This document shows, piece by piece, positions 53,098-63,049 of a stretch of 64,000 nucleotides of DNA. How positions within the stretch are numbered: position 1 is the first letter of the stretch; every line of letters begins with the position of its first letter. Made by a program: the position numbers and the translations under genes. The notes under the pieces were generated by a model that searched no databases, was not told the DNA's origin, and saw nothing but the letters and a program-made list of their open reading frames with translations. Source of the stretch: Alphaproteobacteria bacterium (GTDB lineage: Bacteria > Pseudomonadota > Alphaproteobacteria > UBA8317); NCBI GenBank assembly GCA_038131935.1, contig JAYPQH010000022.1, positions 61,478-125,477 on the forward strand, given 5' to 3'.

Positions 53098-53918
53098 CAG
53101 CCAACCTCCTCTGATAGCAGCATAATATCATCTATGGTGACAGATGGTTGTTGATGAAAAAATTGCTTAAAGGCTGGTACAGCTTGATGGACCAGCATTC
53201 CCAAACCATCAACAATATGGGCCCCGTTTGCCTCAGCTTGTTTCAAGAAATTTGTTTTTAGAGGCTTATATACAATGTCCATCGCTACACAGTCGGCTGA
53301 CAAATGTTTTGCTGCATCTACGAGTGGTTTGTCATTAAATTCCAAACCAAGGGATGTTGTGTTGACCATTAAGTCTATATCACTGGGAAATTGGTCAGAC
53401 CATTTGTTTACGGTGATGCGTTCATCCATTTGCGCCACATTTTCTGCGCGGTCGACATTCCGATTGATGATCACAATATGATCCACGTCCATTTGTAATA
53501 ATGATACAACAATTGCACGAGCAGCACCGCCTGCTCCCAGCACAACGACCCTATTGTAGGTACGTTGGCCTACCCTTTGCAAAAGATATTGGGAAAATCC
53601 ATACACATCGGTATTGTCTGCGAAGATTTTGCCATCTTCAAATATAATGGTGTTGGCGGCTCCAACTTTTTGAGCTGTTAAAGAAATATCATCAGCAATT
53701 TTTAGAATATTTTCTTTATGGGGTACCGTAACGTTGCAGCCACGAAATTGAAGTTTTTGCATTGCTCTCACTGCAATCTCAAGATTTTCTGGCTTCACTT
53801 CAAAAGCTGTGTAAAAACCTTTTATCCCAAGTGTTTTTAACCACTGATTATGAATCTTTGGCGACAATGAATGGCCAATTGGATGTCCGATTACAGCTGC
53901 GTTCATAAAGTATGTCAT
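53097..53918 (-). CDS. aroE: Shikimate dehydrogenase
   Basis: GHPIGHSLSP, NVTVPHK, NTD, GAGGAAR, DGLGMLVHQA. Confidence 0.98.
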   Translation of the reverse strand: MTYFMNAAVIGHPIGHSLSPKIHNQWLKTLGIKGFYTAFEVKPENLEIAVRAMQKLQFRGCNVTVPHKENILKIADDISLTAQKVGAANTIIFEDGKIFADNTDVYGFSQYLLQRVGQRTYNRVVVLGAGGAARAIVVSLLQMDVDHIVIINRNVDRAENVAQMDERITVNKWSDQFPSDIDLMVNTTSLGLEFNDKPLVDAAKHLSADCVAMDIVYKPLKTNFLKQAEANGAHIVDGLGMLVHQAVPAFKQFFHQQPSVTIDDIMLLSEEVG

Positions 53919-54506
53919 ACTGGAATCTCTTGGTGTCTACGTAAAAAATCCATAAGGGGGAAACATATGTAATCCTTGAATAGCTGTCTCGTCCCCATCG
54001 ATTTTCCAAAATAAATGTCTTCCTAAACCTTCAATAGCGTAACAACCTACCGAATTTGTCAGTGTCTCACCAGCCTTAGAACAATACCAACTTAGAAACT
54101 GATCACTCAACTCCCTCATCCATAAGGTAGAGGTCGTCACATGTCGCCAAATTGGACTCCCATCTTTGCTGATGACCATGGCCGTATGCAGTTTATGAGA
54201 TTTGCCAGACAATGTTTTTAACTGCTCAAAAGCCATCTCTTCAGTGGAACATTTATTCACAATCATTTTATCATTTTCTAGAATTTGGTCAGCTCCAAGA
54301 ACCAGAAAACCAGGATATTGACGAGAAACTGCCGTTGATTTGCTCTCTGCAAGACAATCAGCAATATCACGACATGAAAGTTGTTCTGCTTCTAAGGAAC
54401 GTTTTATCTCATCTTCATCTATAAAAGCAGGTTCAGCTTGAAATTCTATATAAGCAGCCTTGAGCAAACGCCTTCTTGTTGATGAGGCCGATGCCAAAAT
54501 AATCAT
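53915..54506 (-). CDS. Maf family nucleoside triphosphate pyrophosphatase (apparent +1 frameshift in C-run 53956-53960)
   Basis: ILASASSTRR, LGADQ, VGCYAIEG; removing one C gives FPLMDFLRRHQEIPV* with an ATGA overlap onto aroE. Confidence 0.95.
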
Positions 54507-55345
54507 TATTTGTCCCCTATTCTCGTATGATACAAATTAAGAATAGCAGCTGATGTTTCTTCAATTGATCTTCTACTAACATCAATAACGGGACATTCAA
54601 TACGATCGAAGATTCGTCGGGCATGGGCCAATTCCTGTCGTATATGTTCCCCCTCAGCATAGTCACTTACCTGCTCATCAGCATGAAGTTCTCTGAGGCG
54701 ATTTCTGCGAATTGATGATAGGCGATCAGGATTCGATGTAAGACCTACAAGCATTGGATGTTTAAGATTATAAATTATTTCAGGCTCTGGAACACCATTC
54801 ACGATAGGTATATTCGCGCATTTTATACCTTTGTTCGCCAAATAAATAGATGTGGGTGTCTTGCTCGTTCGACTTACACCTAAGAGCACAATATCCGCAT
54901 CTTGGAGACAATCTAAATTTAGACCATCATCGTGATTCATGGTGAACGTAAGCGCTTCGATACGATCAAAATAATCTTCATTTAGTTTATGATGTGCGCC
55001 CATTTTATGTGTTTGTTCTGTTCCTAAATATTCTGTGAACATGTTAATTGCACCATCAAGAACAGAGTGATGAGAATAGTCATGTGAACGACAAAAACCT
55101 TCCAATCTGTTACGCAGTGAATCATTCATCAATGTATACAAAACCATTCCAGGTGCTTCTGAAATTGAACGAATAACGCGATCTAACTGTCTATCTGATC
55201 TTACCAATGCATATACATGTTCCAGGGGAATAACTTGATCAAACTGCCCAATCACGGCTCTGGACACAGCATTTATTGTCTCACCAGTTGAATCTGAGAC
55301 CAAGTGCAAATGAAAATAGGTTTTTGTGTGTTTTTTGTGTCGCAT
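54506..55345 (-). CDS. Pyruvate, phosphate/water dikinase regulatory protein (kinase/pyrophosphorylase)
   Basis: HLVSDSTGET, HDDG, GVSRTSKTPT, SIEET. Confidence 0.96.
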   Translation of the reverse strand: MRHKKHTKTYFHLHLVSDSTGETINAVSRAVIGQFDQVIPLEHVYALVRSDRQLDRVIRSISEAPGMVLYTLMNDSLRNRLEGFCRSHDYSHHSVLDGAINMFTEYLGTEQTHKMGAHHKLNEDYFDRIEALTFTMNHDDGLNLDCLQDADIVLLGVSRTSKTPTSIYLANKGIKCANIPIVNGVPEPEIIYNLKHPMLVGLTSNPDRLSSIRRNRLRELHADEQVSDYAEGEHIRQELAHARRIFDRIECPVIDVSRRSIEETSAAILNLYHTRIGDK

Positions 55346-55671
55346 GTTGTTATCCACAAAGATGTCTGAGTAACTTTTTATTTATACACAGCTTTGGCAT
55401 GCTTGACATGTTTTCTCCACATTGTACCCAATCCATCCACATTATTATTCAACAATATCTTGGTTTTTATATCCCTGTGGGCTTTTTAGTTATCCACATT
55501 ATACCAAAGTTCACTGCGATATCTATTTATCATCCTTTTTTTCTTTTTATACAAAACTTATCAACACTATAGAAACAATGAAAAAAAACGTATAACCTGT
55601 GAATATCAAAAGAATTCCATAAACGAACAAGACCAACAACAACAACAATCTTTTAAGTATTATTATTTGTT
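55346..55671. other. Chromosomal replication origin oriC
   Basis: AT-rich spacer between PDRP and hemE, the canonical alphaproteobacterial oriC position. DnaA boxes TTATCCACA (55350, 55490) and TTATACACA (55382); near matches at 55413, 55547, 55558 and 55598 (reverse); (CAA)5 at 55634-55648. Gene orientation flips here. Confidence 0.9.
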
Positions 55672-56691
55672 ATGAAAAAAATCCTCGAAGCACTCTCTGG
55701 ACAGTCTCATTTGGTTCCTCCAATTTGGATGATGCGACAAGCTGGTCGATACTTACCTGAGTATAAAGCAACACGAAGTGAAGCTGGATCATTTTTGAAC
55801 CTTTGCTACGACCCTATACGTGCTGCTGAGGTTACAATTCAACCAATACGCCGATTTGGGTTTGATGCAGCAATTTTGTTTGCTGATATTCTTCTTGTTC
55901 CACATGCTATGGGGTGTGATTTGGCTTTTGAGACGGGCGAAGGGCCACGTATGACTCCCATACAAAATATCAAAGACCTAAATCGTCTTTCTGATGTTGG
56001 TGCACTCACACGCCTTGAGAGCATTGGTGAAACGGTTGTTCGAACAAAAGAGCAGTTAGATAGCTCAACCACACTTATTGGCTTTGCTGGCGCGCCATGG
56101 ACGGTTGCTACATATGTTGTTGGCGGTCGTGGGGGTGATGAACAATATGCTGCTAGACTCATGATGCGGGAAAATCCTGAATTGCTACACACGGTTATGA
56201 AAAGAATAACTGACGTAACGATTGATTATCTTGCAATGCAGGCACAAGCTGGAGCTGAGGTATTAAAAATATTCGATTCCTGGGCATCTGGTTTAACCAG
56301 AAGACAATTTGATGCATATGTTGTTCAATATCATAATATGATTATTCAAGGTCTTAGAGAGAAAGGTGTTAATGTACCTATCATCGGATTTCCCCGAGGT
56401 GCTGGTGTGTTGGCACAAGTTTATCTCGATCATGTTCCTGTTCAAGGTCTGGCGCTAGACACAGCCTTCCCAATTGATCTCAACGCGAATAATGTTGCGC
56501 TTCAAGGAAATCTTGACCCATTAGCTTTAATTGCTGGTGGTGATGCGTTAAATCAAGAAATTGACGACGTTCTCGAGAGCTTTAAAGGTCGAGCACATAT
56601 ATTTAATTTGAGTCATGGTATCAAACCTGAAACACCTATAGAACATGTGGAGCAGATGATATCACGGATCAGAAACAAAAATGTTGTATGA
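55672..56691 (+). CDS. hemE: Uroporphyrinogen decarboxylase
   Basis: WMMRQAGRYLPEY, AAILFADIL, GFAGAPWT, QGNLDP, FNLSHGI. Confidence 0.98.
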   Translation: MKKILEALSGQSHLVPPIWMMRQAGRYLPEYKATRSEAGSFLNLCYDPIRAAEVTIQPIRRFGFDAAILFADILLVPHAMGCDLAFETGEGPRMTPIQNIKDLNRLSDVGALTRLESIGETVVRTKEQLDSSTTLIGFAGAPWTVATYVVGGRGGDEQYAARLMMRENPELLHTVMKRITDVTIDYLAMQAQAGAEVLKIFDSWASGLTRRQFDAYVVQYHNMIIQGLREKGVNVPIIGFPRGAGVLAQVYLDHVPVQGLALDTAFPIDLNANNVALQGNLDPLALIAGGDALNQEIDDVLESFKGRAHIFNLSHGIKPETPIEHVEQMISRIRNKNVV

Positions 56692-57116
56692 CTATTACCT
56701 ATGGTTAAAAGCTATCCATATTATGTCTATTGTTACTTGGATGGCAGGTATTTTTTATCTTCCCAGGTTGTTTGTTTATCATTCATATGAGGAAGTCGGG
56801 TCTAAAACATCCGAAACCTTTAAGGTTATGGAATATAAGCTGTTAAAATTTATTATGACACCGTCAATGATTGTCGCGTGGATATTTGGAACCTTATTGG
56901 TCTTAGCTATTGATATTGATTGGTCACAAGGTTGGTTTCGTGAAACTTTTGATGGTCATTTTAATGAGTGCGTTTCATGGTTGGTGTGCCAGACAGACCC
57001 GAATATTTGCCCATGATAAAAACCAACATAATCATAAGTACTTTAGGATTATGAACGAAGTACCAACCATAATATTTCTTGTGATCATTATTATGGTTGT
57101 TGTTAAGCCTTTTTAA
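56681..57116 (+). CDS. hemJ: Protoporphyrinogen oxidase HemJ (apparent frameshift at ~56939)
   Basis: WLKAIHI, WMAGIFYLPRLFVYH, FRIMNEVPT, VVVKPF. Confidence 0.96.
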
Positions 57117-57229
57117 TCAGATCATTTGACAATTGACTGTGCATGTGTGATATGCAATTTAAGCATTCCTCCCCTCCAAAAAATGGCTAGGTAATAAATT
57201 AGCGATACTTAGCATCATGGCTTTCCCAA

Positions 57230-58502
57230 ATGGATATCGAACAGATTAAATTACAAGATTTAAAATCAAAAACCCCCACAGAATTATTGAGTTTCGCAGA
57301 AGAATTAGATGTCGAAAATGCTAGTTCTATGCGCAAACAAGATATGTTATTCGCTATCTTAAAAGAGCTTGCAGAGAGACAAGTTGATATTTTAGGTGGT
57401 GGTGTCTTGGAGGTCCTTCAAGATGGATTTGGTTTTTTACGATCACCAGAGGCAAACTATCTACCTGGTCCCGATGATATTTATGTAAGTCCGTCCCAGA
57501 TTAAAAAATTTAGTCTGAAGACTGGTGATACTGTTGAAGGATATATTAGATCACCTAAAGAAAATGAACGTTACTTCGCGCTGGTAAAAGTGGAGACCAT
57601 AAATTTTGACCATCCTGACGCAGCGAGAACAAAGGTACATTTTGATAATTTAACACCACTTTATCCAGATGAAAAACTGCGTATGGAAGTTGAAGATCCA
57701 ACGGTAAAAGATAAAAGTGCGCGTGTTATTGATCTTGTTGCGCCATTAGGAAAAGGACAAAGAGCGCTACTTACGGCTCCTCCAAGAACAGGCAAAACAG
57801 TTCTATTACAAAATATTGCTAAATCCATCACACACAACCACCCAGAATGTTATCTCATTGTATTGCTGATTGATGAGCGACCAGAAGAAGTGACGGATAT
57901 GCAAAGGACCGTCAGAGGTGAAGTCATATCTTCAACTTTTGATGAACCAGCATCACGACATGTGCAAGTATGTGAGATGGTCATTGAAAAAGCTAAGAGA
58001 TTGGTAGAACATGGCCGCGATGTTGTCATTCTTCTGGATTCCATAACACGATTGGGTCGCGCATATAACACAGTTGTACCCTCTTCAGGAAAAGTTTTGA
58101 CAGGTGGTGTTGACGCCAATGCATTGCAAAGGCCAAAAAGGTTTTTCGGTGCGGCAAGAAATATTGAAGAAGGTGGCTCATTAACCATTATCGCGACGGC
58201 TCTTATTGATACCGGGAGTCGAATGGACGAAGTCATTTTTGAGGAATTCAAAGGTACTGGTAACAGCGAAATCATATTAGATAGAAAAATTGCTGACAAA
58301 CGCATCTATCCAGCCATAGACATCACAAAATCAGGCACAAGAAAAGAAGACTTGTTGGTGTCAAAAGATGATTTGGCAAAAATGTTTGTGTTGCGCAGAA
58401 TTCTGGCGCCTATGGGAGTGACAGATGCGATGGAATTTTTTGTTAGAGAAATTGAGACAAACAAAATCAAATGAAGATTTCTTTAACTCCATGAACACAT
58501 GA
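57230..58502 (+). CDS. rho: Transcription termination factor Rho (apparent +1 frameshift in T-run 58436-58441)
   Basis: [42 protein letters not shown]; correction gives [23 protein letters not shown]. Confidence 0.98.
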
Positions 58503-58527
58503 AAAAGGGGCGATAAGCCCCTTTTTT
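58502..58527. terminator. Bidirectional intrinsic terminator between rho and qor
   Basis: AAAAAGGGGC-GATAA-GCCCCTTTTTT. Confidence 0.9.
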
Positions 58528-58551
58528 AATCTCTAATTTTTCAATGGTCAT

Positions 58552-59529
58552 TCATGGAATGATTAATGTTTGTCCAGTGGTTTGACGAGATTCGAGGTCA
58601 ATATGAGCTTGCTGCGCGTCCTTAAGGCTATAACGTTGCCTTATTTGCGTTTTGATATGACCATCACGCATGAATGAGAACAAATCATCAGCAGCATGTT
58701 GTAAAGCTTCCGGAGTAGATGTAAACGTTGCTAGGGTTGGTCTTGTAACCATCAACGAGCCTTTGGCAGCTAAAATGCCCAAATTTACACCCGTCACAGC
58801 ACCAGAGGCATTTCCATAACTGATCATGAGCCCCCGTGGTTTGAGGCAATTTAATGATGCTTCAAAAGTATCTTTACCGACTGAATCAAATACGACAGGA
58901 ACTTTATCGCCGTTTGTGATCTCACCTACACGTTCCGCAATATCCTCATCACGATAAAGTATGACATGATCACAGCCTAGAGACTTAGCCAATTCGGCTT
59001 TTTCAGATGAGCCAGCTGTTCCAATGATGGTGACACCAAGTGCTTTTAGCCATTGAGTTGCAATGGTGCCTACGCCACCAGCAATTGCATGAAACAAAAC
59101 TGTTTCACCGCTACGAACAGGGTAAATTTGCCTAATAAGGTATTGTACGGTTAGCCCTTTAAGCATCACTGCAGCAGCGTCTTCATCACTTATATCATCT
59201 GGTAATTTTACGACAGATTGAGCTGGACGCGTCATTCTTGTTGCGTATGCACCAAGAGCACCACCACAAAATGCAACGCGATCACCAATGTTAAGATGTT
59301 GGACATCCGATCCAACTGCTTCAACAATACCAGATCCTTCAGAACCAGCACCAGAAGGTAAAGACATAGGATACAACCCGGATCTTTGATATGTATCGAT
59401 AAAGTTTAAGCCGATCGCGGTCATGCGCACGGTAACTTCATTGGCTTTTGGTTGACTGACCTCAAAGTTTTCAAATTCTAAAACTTCAGGGCCACCATGT
59501 TCACGAAATATTATACGTTGGTCGGTCAT
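58552..59529 (-). CDS. qor: NADPH:quinone oxidoreductase (zeta-crystallin family)
   Basis: GGPEVL, GLNFIDTY.RSG.Y, HAIAGGVG, VFDSVGKDTF, SYGNASG. Confidence 0.93.
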   Translation of the reverse strand: MTDQRIIFREHGGPEVLEFENFEVSQPKANEVTVRMTAIGLNFIDTYQRSGLYPMSLPSGAGSEGSGIVEAVGSDVQHLNIGDRVAFCGGALGAYATRMTRPAQSVVKLPDDISDEDAAAVMLKGLTVQYLIRQIYPVRSGETVLFHAIAGGVGTIATQWLKALGVTIIGTAGSSEKAELAKSLGCDHVILYRDEDIAERVGEITNGDKVPVVFDSVGKDTFEASLNCLKPRGLMISYGNASGAVTGVNLGILAAKGSLMVTRPTLATFTSTPEALQHAADDLFSFMRDGHIKTQIRQRYSLKDAQQAHIDLESRQTTGQTLIIP

Positions 59530-59572
59530 GGATGACTTTTCCTCCAATTAATTGTACATAGAATGTAAAGAA

Positions 59573-59589
59573 TGTTTCACGTGAAAACA
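59573..59589. other. parS site
   Basis: TGTTTCACGTGAAAACA; identical to the consensus palindrome if one A of the A4 run is an insertion. Confidence 0.8.
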
Positions 59590-59619
59590 CTTCATACAAG
59601 TACAAAAGGTGGATATGAA

Positions 59620-59880
59620 ATGAAAATACAAATGAACATCGAATGTACTCCACAAGAGGCACGAGCAGCCTTGGGATTGCCTGACTTAGAGCCTCTTCAT
59701 GCGATTTTTGTTGATCAAATGACAGAACAGTTGAAACAAACTGCTGATCAACTTGATCCAAATGAATTTGTCAAAACCTGGGCGCCCTTAGGAGCACAAA
59801 GTTTGGATGCGTTCAACAAAATGTTTACGACAATGGCAACCGGGATGAATAATACCTCAACATCAAAGCGTGAAGAGTAA
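59620..59880 (+). CDS. DUF6489 family protein
   Basis: MKIQMNIECTPQEARAALGLPDL; SD-like AGGTGG; usual neighbour of mnmE. Confidence 0.85.
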   Translation: MKIQMNIECTPQEARAALGLPDLEPLHAIFVDQMTEQLKQTADQLDPNEFVKTWAPLGAQSLDAFNKMFTTMATGMNNTSTSKREE

Positions 59881-59885
59881 ATGTT

Positions 59886-60212
59886 ATGAGTTATTACAAT
59901 TTTCATGTATTTGTTTGTCAAAATGCTCGTGCCGAGGGACATCCACGGGGTTGTTGTCAGAGCCGTGGAAGTGAAGCTGTTTTTCAACATTTGAAATCAA
60001 GAATAAGAGAACTCGGTTTGAACAAGGAGATCCGCATCAACAAATCAGGTTGCTTAGACCGCTGTGAGGAAGGACCAGTATTGGTCATTTACCCAGAAGA
60101 GACTTGGTACAGTGTAGATAGCGTGGAAAAAGCAGAAGAACTTTTACAAAGTCACCTTTTAAATAAACAAAAAATTACCAGCTATAGTTTAAGCAATAAA
60201 CGTGAGTTCTAG
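59886..60212 (+). CDS. Thioredoxin-like [2Fe-2S] ferredoxin
   Basis: HVFVCQN.R..GHPRGCC, RINKSGCLDRCEEGP..VIYPE.TWY. Confidence 0.93.
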   Translation: MSYYNFHVFVCQNARAEGHPRGCCQSRGSEAVFQHLKSRIRELGLNKEIRINKSGCLDRCEEGPVLVIYPEETWYSVDSVEKAEELLQSHLLNKQKITSYSLSNKREF

Positions 60213-60214
60213 AA

Positions 60215-61534
60215 ATGGTGGCAACCATCGTGGCTCAAGCCACACCACCAGGTGTGGCAGGCATTCAAGTCATACGTTCATCTGGTCCTAAAAGCATTGA
60301 ACTTTTACATCATCTAACGAACAGAAATGATTTTTCTCCAAGAAGGTTAACAAATACCAAGCTCTACCATCCTAATACCGATAAAGTGATAGATTTTGCT
60401 ATGGTTGTCACCTTTGAAGGCCCAGCATCATTTACTGGCGAAAACGTGGTTGAGTATCATGTACATGGCGCCCCGGTGATTGCACGAATGTTGTTGTCGG
60501 TCATGACCAATTTTGAGGATGTACGACTCGCTAGGCCAGGTGAATTTACTGAACGCAGTTTATTAAATAACAAAATGAACCTGCTAGAGGTGGAAGCATT
60601 AGGCCGTTTGTTAAATGCCCAGACGATGACAGAAATTCATCAAATACATTCGGTATTTGATGGTCAATTGGCAAAAGAAATCATACAGATTCGAAATATC
60701 TTGGTTAAGATCATGACAGCAATCGAAGCTTCCATTGATTTCGATGATGAAGGTGATGTTCCAGCCGATGTAACAGCGAATGTTCTGTCACAGCTATCAC
60801 AAGTAAAGTTATTGCTTAACAAAATTTATCAAACTGGAGAAAGAAATCAAAATCTTTTCGATGGGTTGGTTATTGCCATTGCGGGACAGCCTAATGTCGG
60901 AAAAAGCAGTCTTTTAAACTTTTTAGCTGGTCATGATCTTGCATTGGTCTCTGAACATAAAGGTACAACAAGGGATGTGATCTCAGCACCAATGATATTG
61001 GGGGACAGACGAGTTGTTGTCTGTGATACCGCTGGCATAAGAAAAACAGATGACGAAGTTGAGTTGATGGGGATTGAACGATCACATGAGATGCTAAAAA
61101 AAGCGGATCTTCGTGTTATCCTAACGGAATACCCACCTACAGCTGAAGATAAAGAATTGCTCGAACTATGGCCAGATGCATTACATGTCGTATCAAAATC
61201 AGATATGTATGAAGATATTCCGGAGTCATTGCTGTCTTTGTCCACCATTACAACAAATGGTGCAGATAGTTTCCTACATAAAATTACAGAGCTGGTGCAA
61301 GCACAAGAAGTTCAGCAGAATGTTGGACTCATCACACAACGACAGCAATATCAGTGTTTAGAAGCCTTAAATCAAATAATTAAGGCAGAAGAAATGGCAC
61401 AAGAGGCGTTACTTTTAGACCTATTTGCTGAACATGTTCGTGCAGCGATTTATGCATTGGATGGTTTGATTGGCAAGGTGAATCAAGAGGAAATATTAGG
61501 TGAAATTTTCTCAAATTTTTGCATTGGAAAATAA
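60215..61534 (+). CDS. mnmE: tRNA modification GTPase MnmE
   Basis: SFTGE..VEYHVHG, GQPNVGKSSL, GTTRD, DTAG, IFSNFCIGK. Confidence 0.98.
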   Translation: MVATIVAQATPPGVAGIQVIRSSGPKSIELLHHLTNRNDFSPRRLTNTKLYHPNTDKVIDFAMVVTFEGPASFTGENVVEYHVHGAPVIARMLLSVMTNFEDVRLARPGEFTERSLLNNKMNLLEVEALGRLLNAQTMTEIHQIHSVFDGQLAKEIIQIRNILVKIMTAIEASIDFDDEGDVPADVTANVLSQLSQVKLLLNKIYQTGERNQNLFDGLVIAIAGQPNVGKSSLLNFLAGHDLALVSEHKGTTRDVISAPMILGDRRVVVCDTAGIRKTDDEVELMGIERSHEMLKKADLRVILTEYPPTAEDKELLELWPDALHVVSKSDMYEDIPESLLSLSTITTNGADSFLHKITELVQAQEVQQNVGLITQRQQYQCLEALNQIIKAEEMAQEALLLDLFAEHVRAAIYALDGLIGKVNQEEILGEIFSNFCIGK

Positions 61535-61560
61535 TAATACATAGGTCTTTTTGCCAATTT

Positions 61561-61576
61561 TGTTTCACGTGAAACA
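61561..61576. other. parS site (perfect)
   Basis: TGTTTCACGTGAAACA perfect palindrome between mnmE and mnmG. Confidence 0.93.
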
Positions 61577-61637
61577 TCATTTTGTTTCTTTTGTGATTAT
61601 CTGCTATACGCCACACGTAATATGCTTGGAGGAAACT

Positions 61638-62718
61638 GTGGTGGATTTTGATGTTGTCATTGTTGGTGGCGGGCATGCCGGCTGCGAAGCAGCTGCCGCG
61701 GCAGCACGTATGGGCGCAAAATCAGCGTTGGTTACCAGCAACATAGAAACCATTGGAGAAATGTCCTGCAACCCAGCCATGGGTGGACTGGGAAAAGGTC
61801 ATATTATTCGTGAAATTGATGCATTAGATGGCGTCATGGGTAAAGTTTCTGATGCATCAGCAATCCAGTATCGACTTCTTAACCGGAAAAAAGGTCCAGC
61901 TGTAAGAGGACCGCGCGCACAAATAGATCGCGCTTACTATAAATTACATATGCAAGATGCCATGAAACATTATCATGGTTTAAGTATTATCGATGGCATG
62001 GTCCAAGACTTACATATGATCAAGAATGATACGGTGGGTGGTGTTGTTTTGGAGGATGGTTCTGTCATCAAAGCGCGCCAAGTTATTATTACATCTGGAA
62101 CATTTCTACGAGGTGTGATCCATCTAGGTTCGGAGCGATGGGAGGCAGGACGCTATGGAGAGAGGCCATCAAATGCATTGTCATTGCGTTTGGAAAATAT
62201 GGCGCTTCCCTTGGCGCGATTGAAAACAGGAACGCCAGCCAGGCTTGACGGAAGAACAATAAATTGGGCGCAACTTGAAAAACAACCTGGTGATGAGGAA
62301 CCAACTTACTTTTCTTTTGCAACCACGAAAACACAGCTGCCTCAAATTTCCTGTGCTATAACATATACGAATATTGATACACACAATATCATACAAGATC
62401 ATTTGCAGGAGTCAGCCGTCTATTCTGGTGCAATAGCAGGGAAAGGACCAAGATACTGCCCTTCTATTGAAGATAAAATCGTTCGGTTTGCTGACCGGTC
62501 AGCTCATCAAATTTTTCTTGAACCAGAGGGTTTAGATAATCATGTTGTATACCCAAACGGTATATCGACATCATTAGGACGATTGGCGCAAGAGAAGTTC
62601 ATACATTCAATTGAAGGCTTAGAAAAAGCTGAAATTATTCGACATGGATATGCTATTGAGTACTTGACTATGTAGATCACGCGCTTTGGAAACAACGCTG
62701 GCTGTACGTGAGTATAAA
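61638..62718 (+). CDS. mnmG: tRNA modification enzyme MnmG (GidA), N-terminal ~60% only; truncated at a junction
   Basis: GGAGG SD plus GTG; VGGGHAGCEAA, MSCNPAMGG, RLKTGTPARL, GPRYCPSIEDK, GYAIEY; homology decays through indels (YD YVDPRALETTL) and ends at ~62718. Confidence 0.93.
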
Positions 62719-62719
62719 T

Positions 62720-63049
62720 GCCAACGTGATCCAGAGTCACATGGGCCCCGCATACATGGAAGCTTTGACTCTGCATCCGGTTCGTGTATGCCGAATTTAG
62801 AGGTAGATAAACCGCACCACAGCGCAAAACCGCAAGATACAAAACAACGTTCATCCAACCTTTATCAATCTGGACAGAGACCCGATCACCTGGCTCCAAC
62901 CCAAGATCTATGAGAGCGGAAGCCAATGTTGCTGACTCAGATTCCAGATCTGACCCGGTCAAACTCCGACCCCCTGGGATCGAGAGCAGTGTGCTGTCAG
63001 CGTTACGCTGCAGGTTGACTTGAATTGCCGCAAAAACATTATGCGTCAT
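62720..63049 (-). CDS. matB: Malonyl-CoA synthetase MatB, N-terminal fragment truncated at the junction
   Basis: LGLEPGDRVSVQIDK..V.LYLAVLRCGAVYLPLNSAYT; directly downstream of malonyl-CoA decarboxylase. Confidence 0.8.

Noticed and set aside
12529-58502. Programmed frameshifting or genuine pseudogenes in trpS, mutS, dnaJ, hslUV, rho and others
   Set aside because: Mixed +1/-1/-2 indels in short runs across unrelated, often essential genes fit sequencing error better
59572-61637. N-terminal extensions MFHVK.. (59572) and MPILFHVKH.. (61551) in the ORF track
   Set aside because: These are translations of parS palindromes; the better starts with SD sequences are 59620 and 61638
62540-62913. 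169-aa MatB-like ORF and 75-aa ORF 62686-62913 as novel fusion proteins
   Set aside because: Both read through the probable chimeric junction, so their tails are spurious
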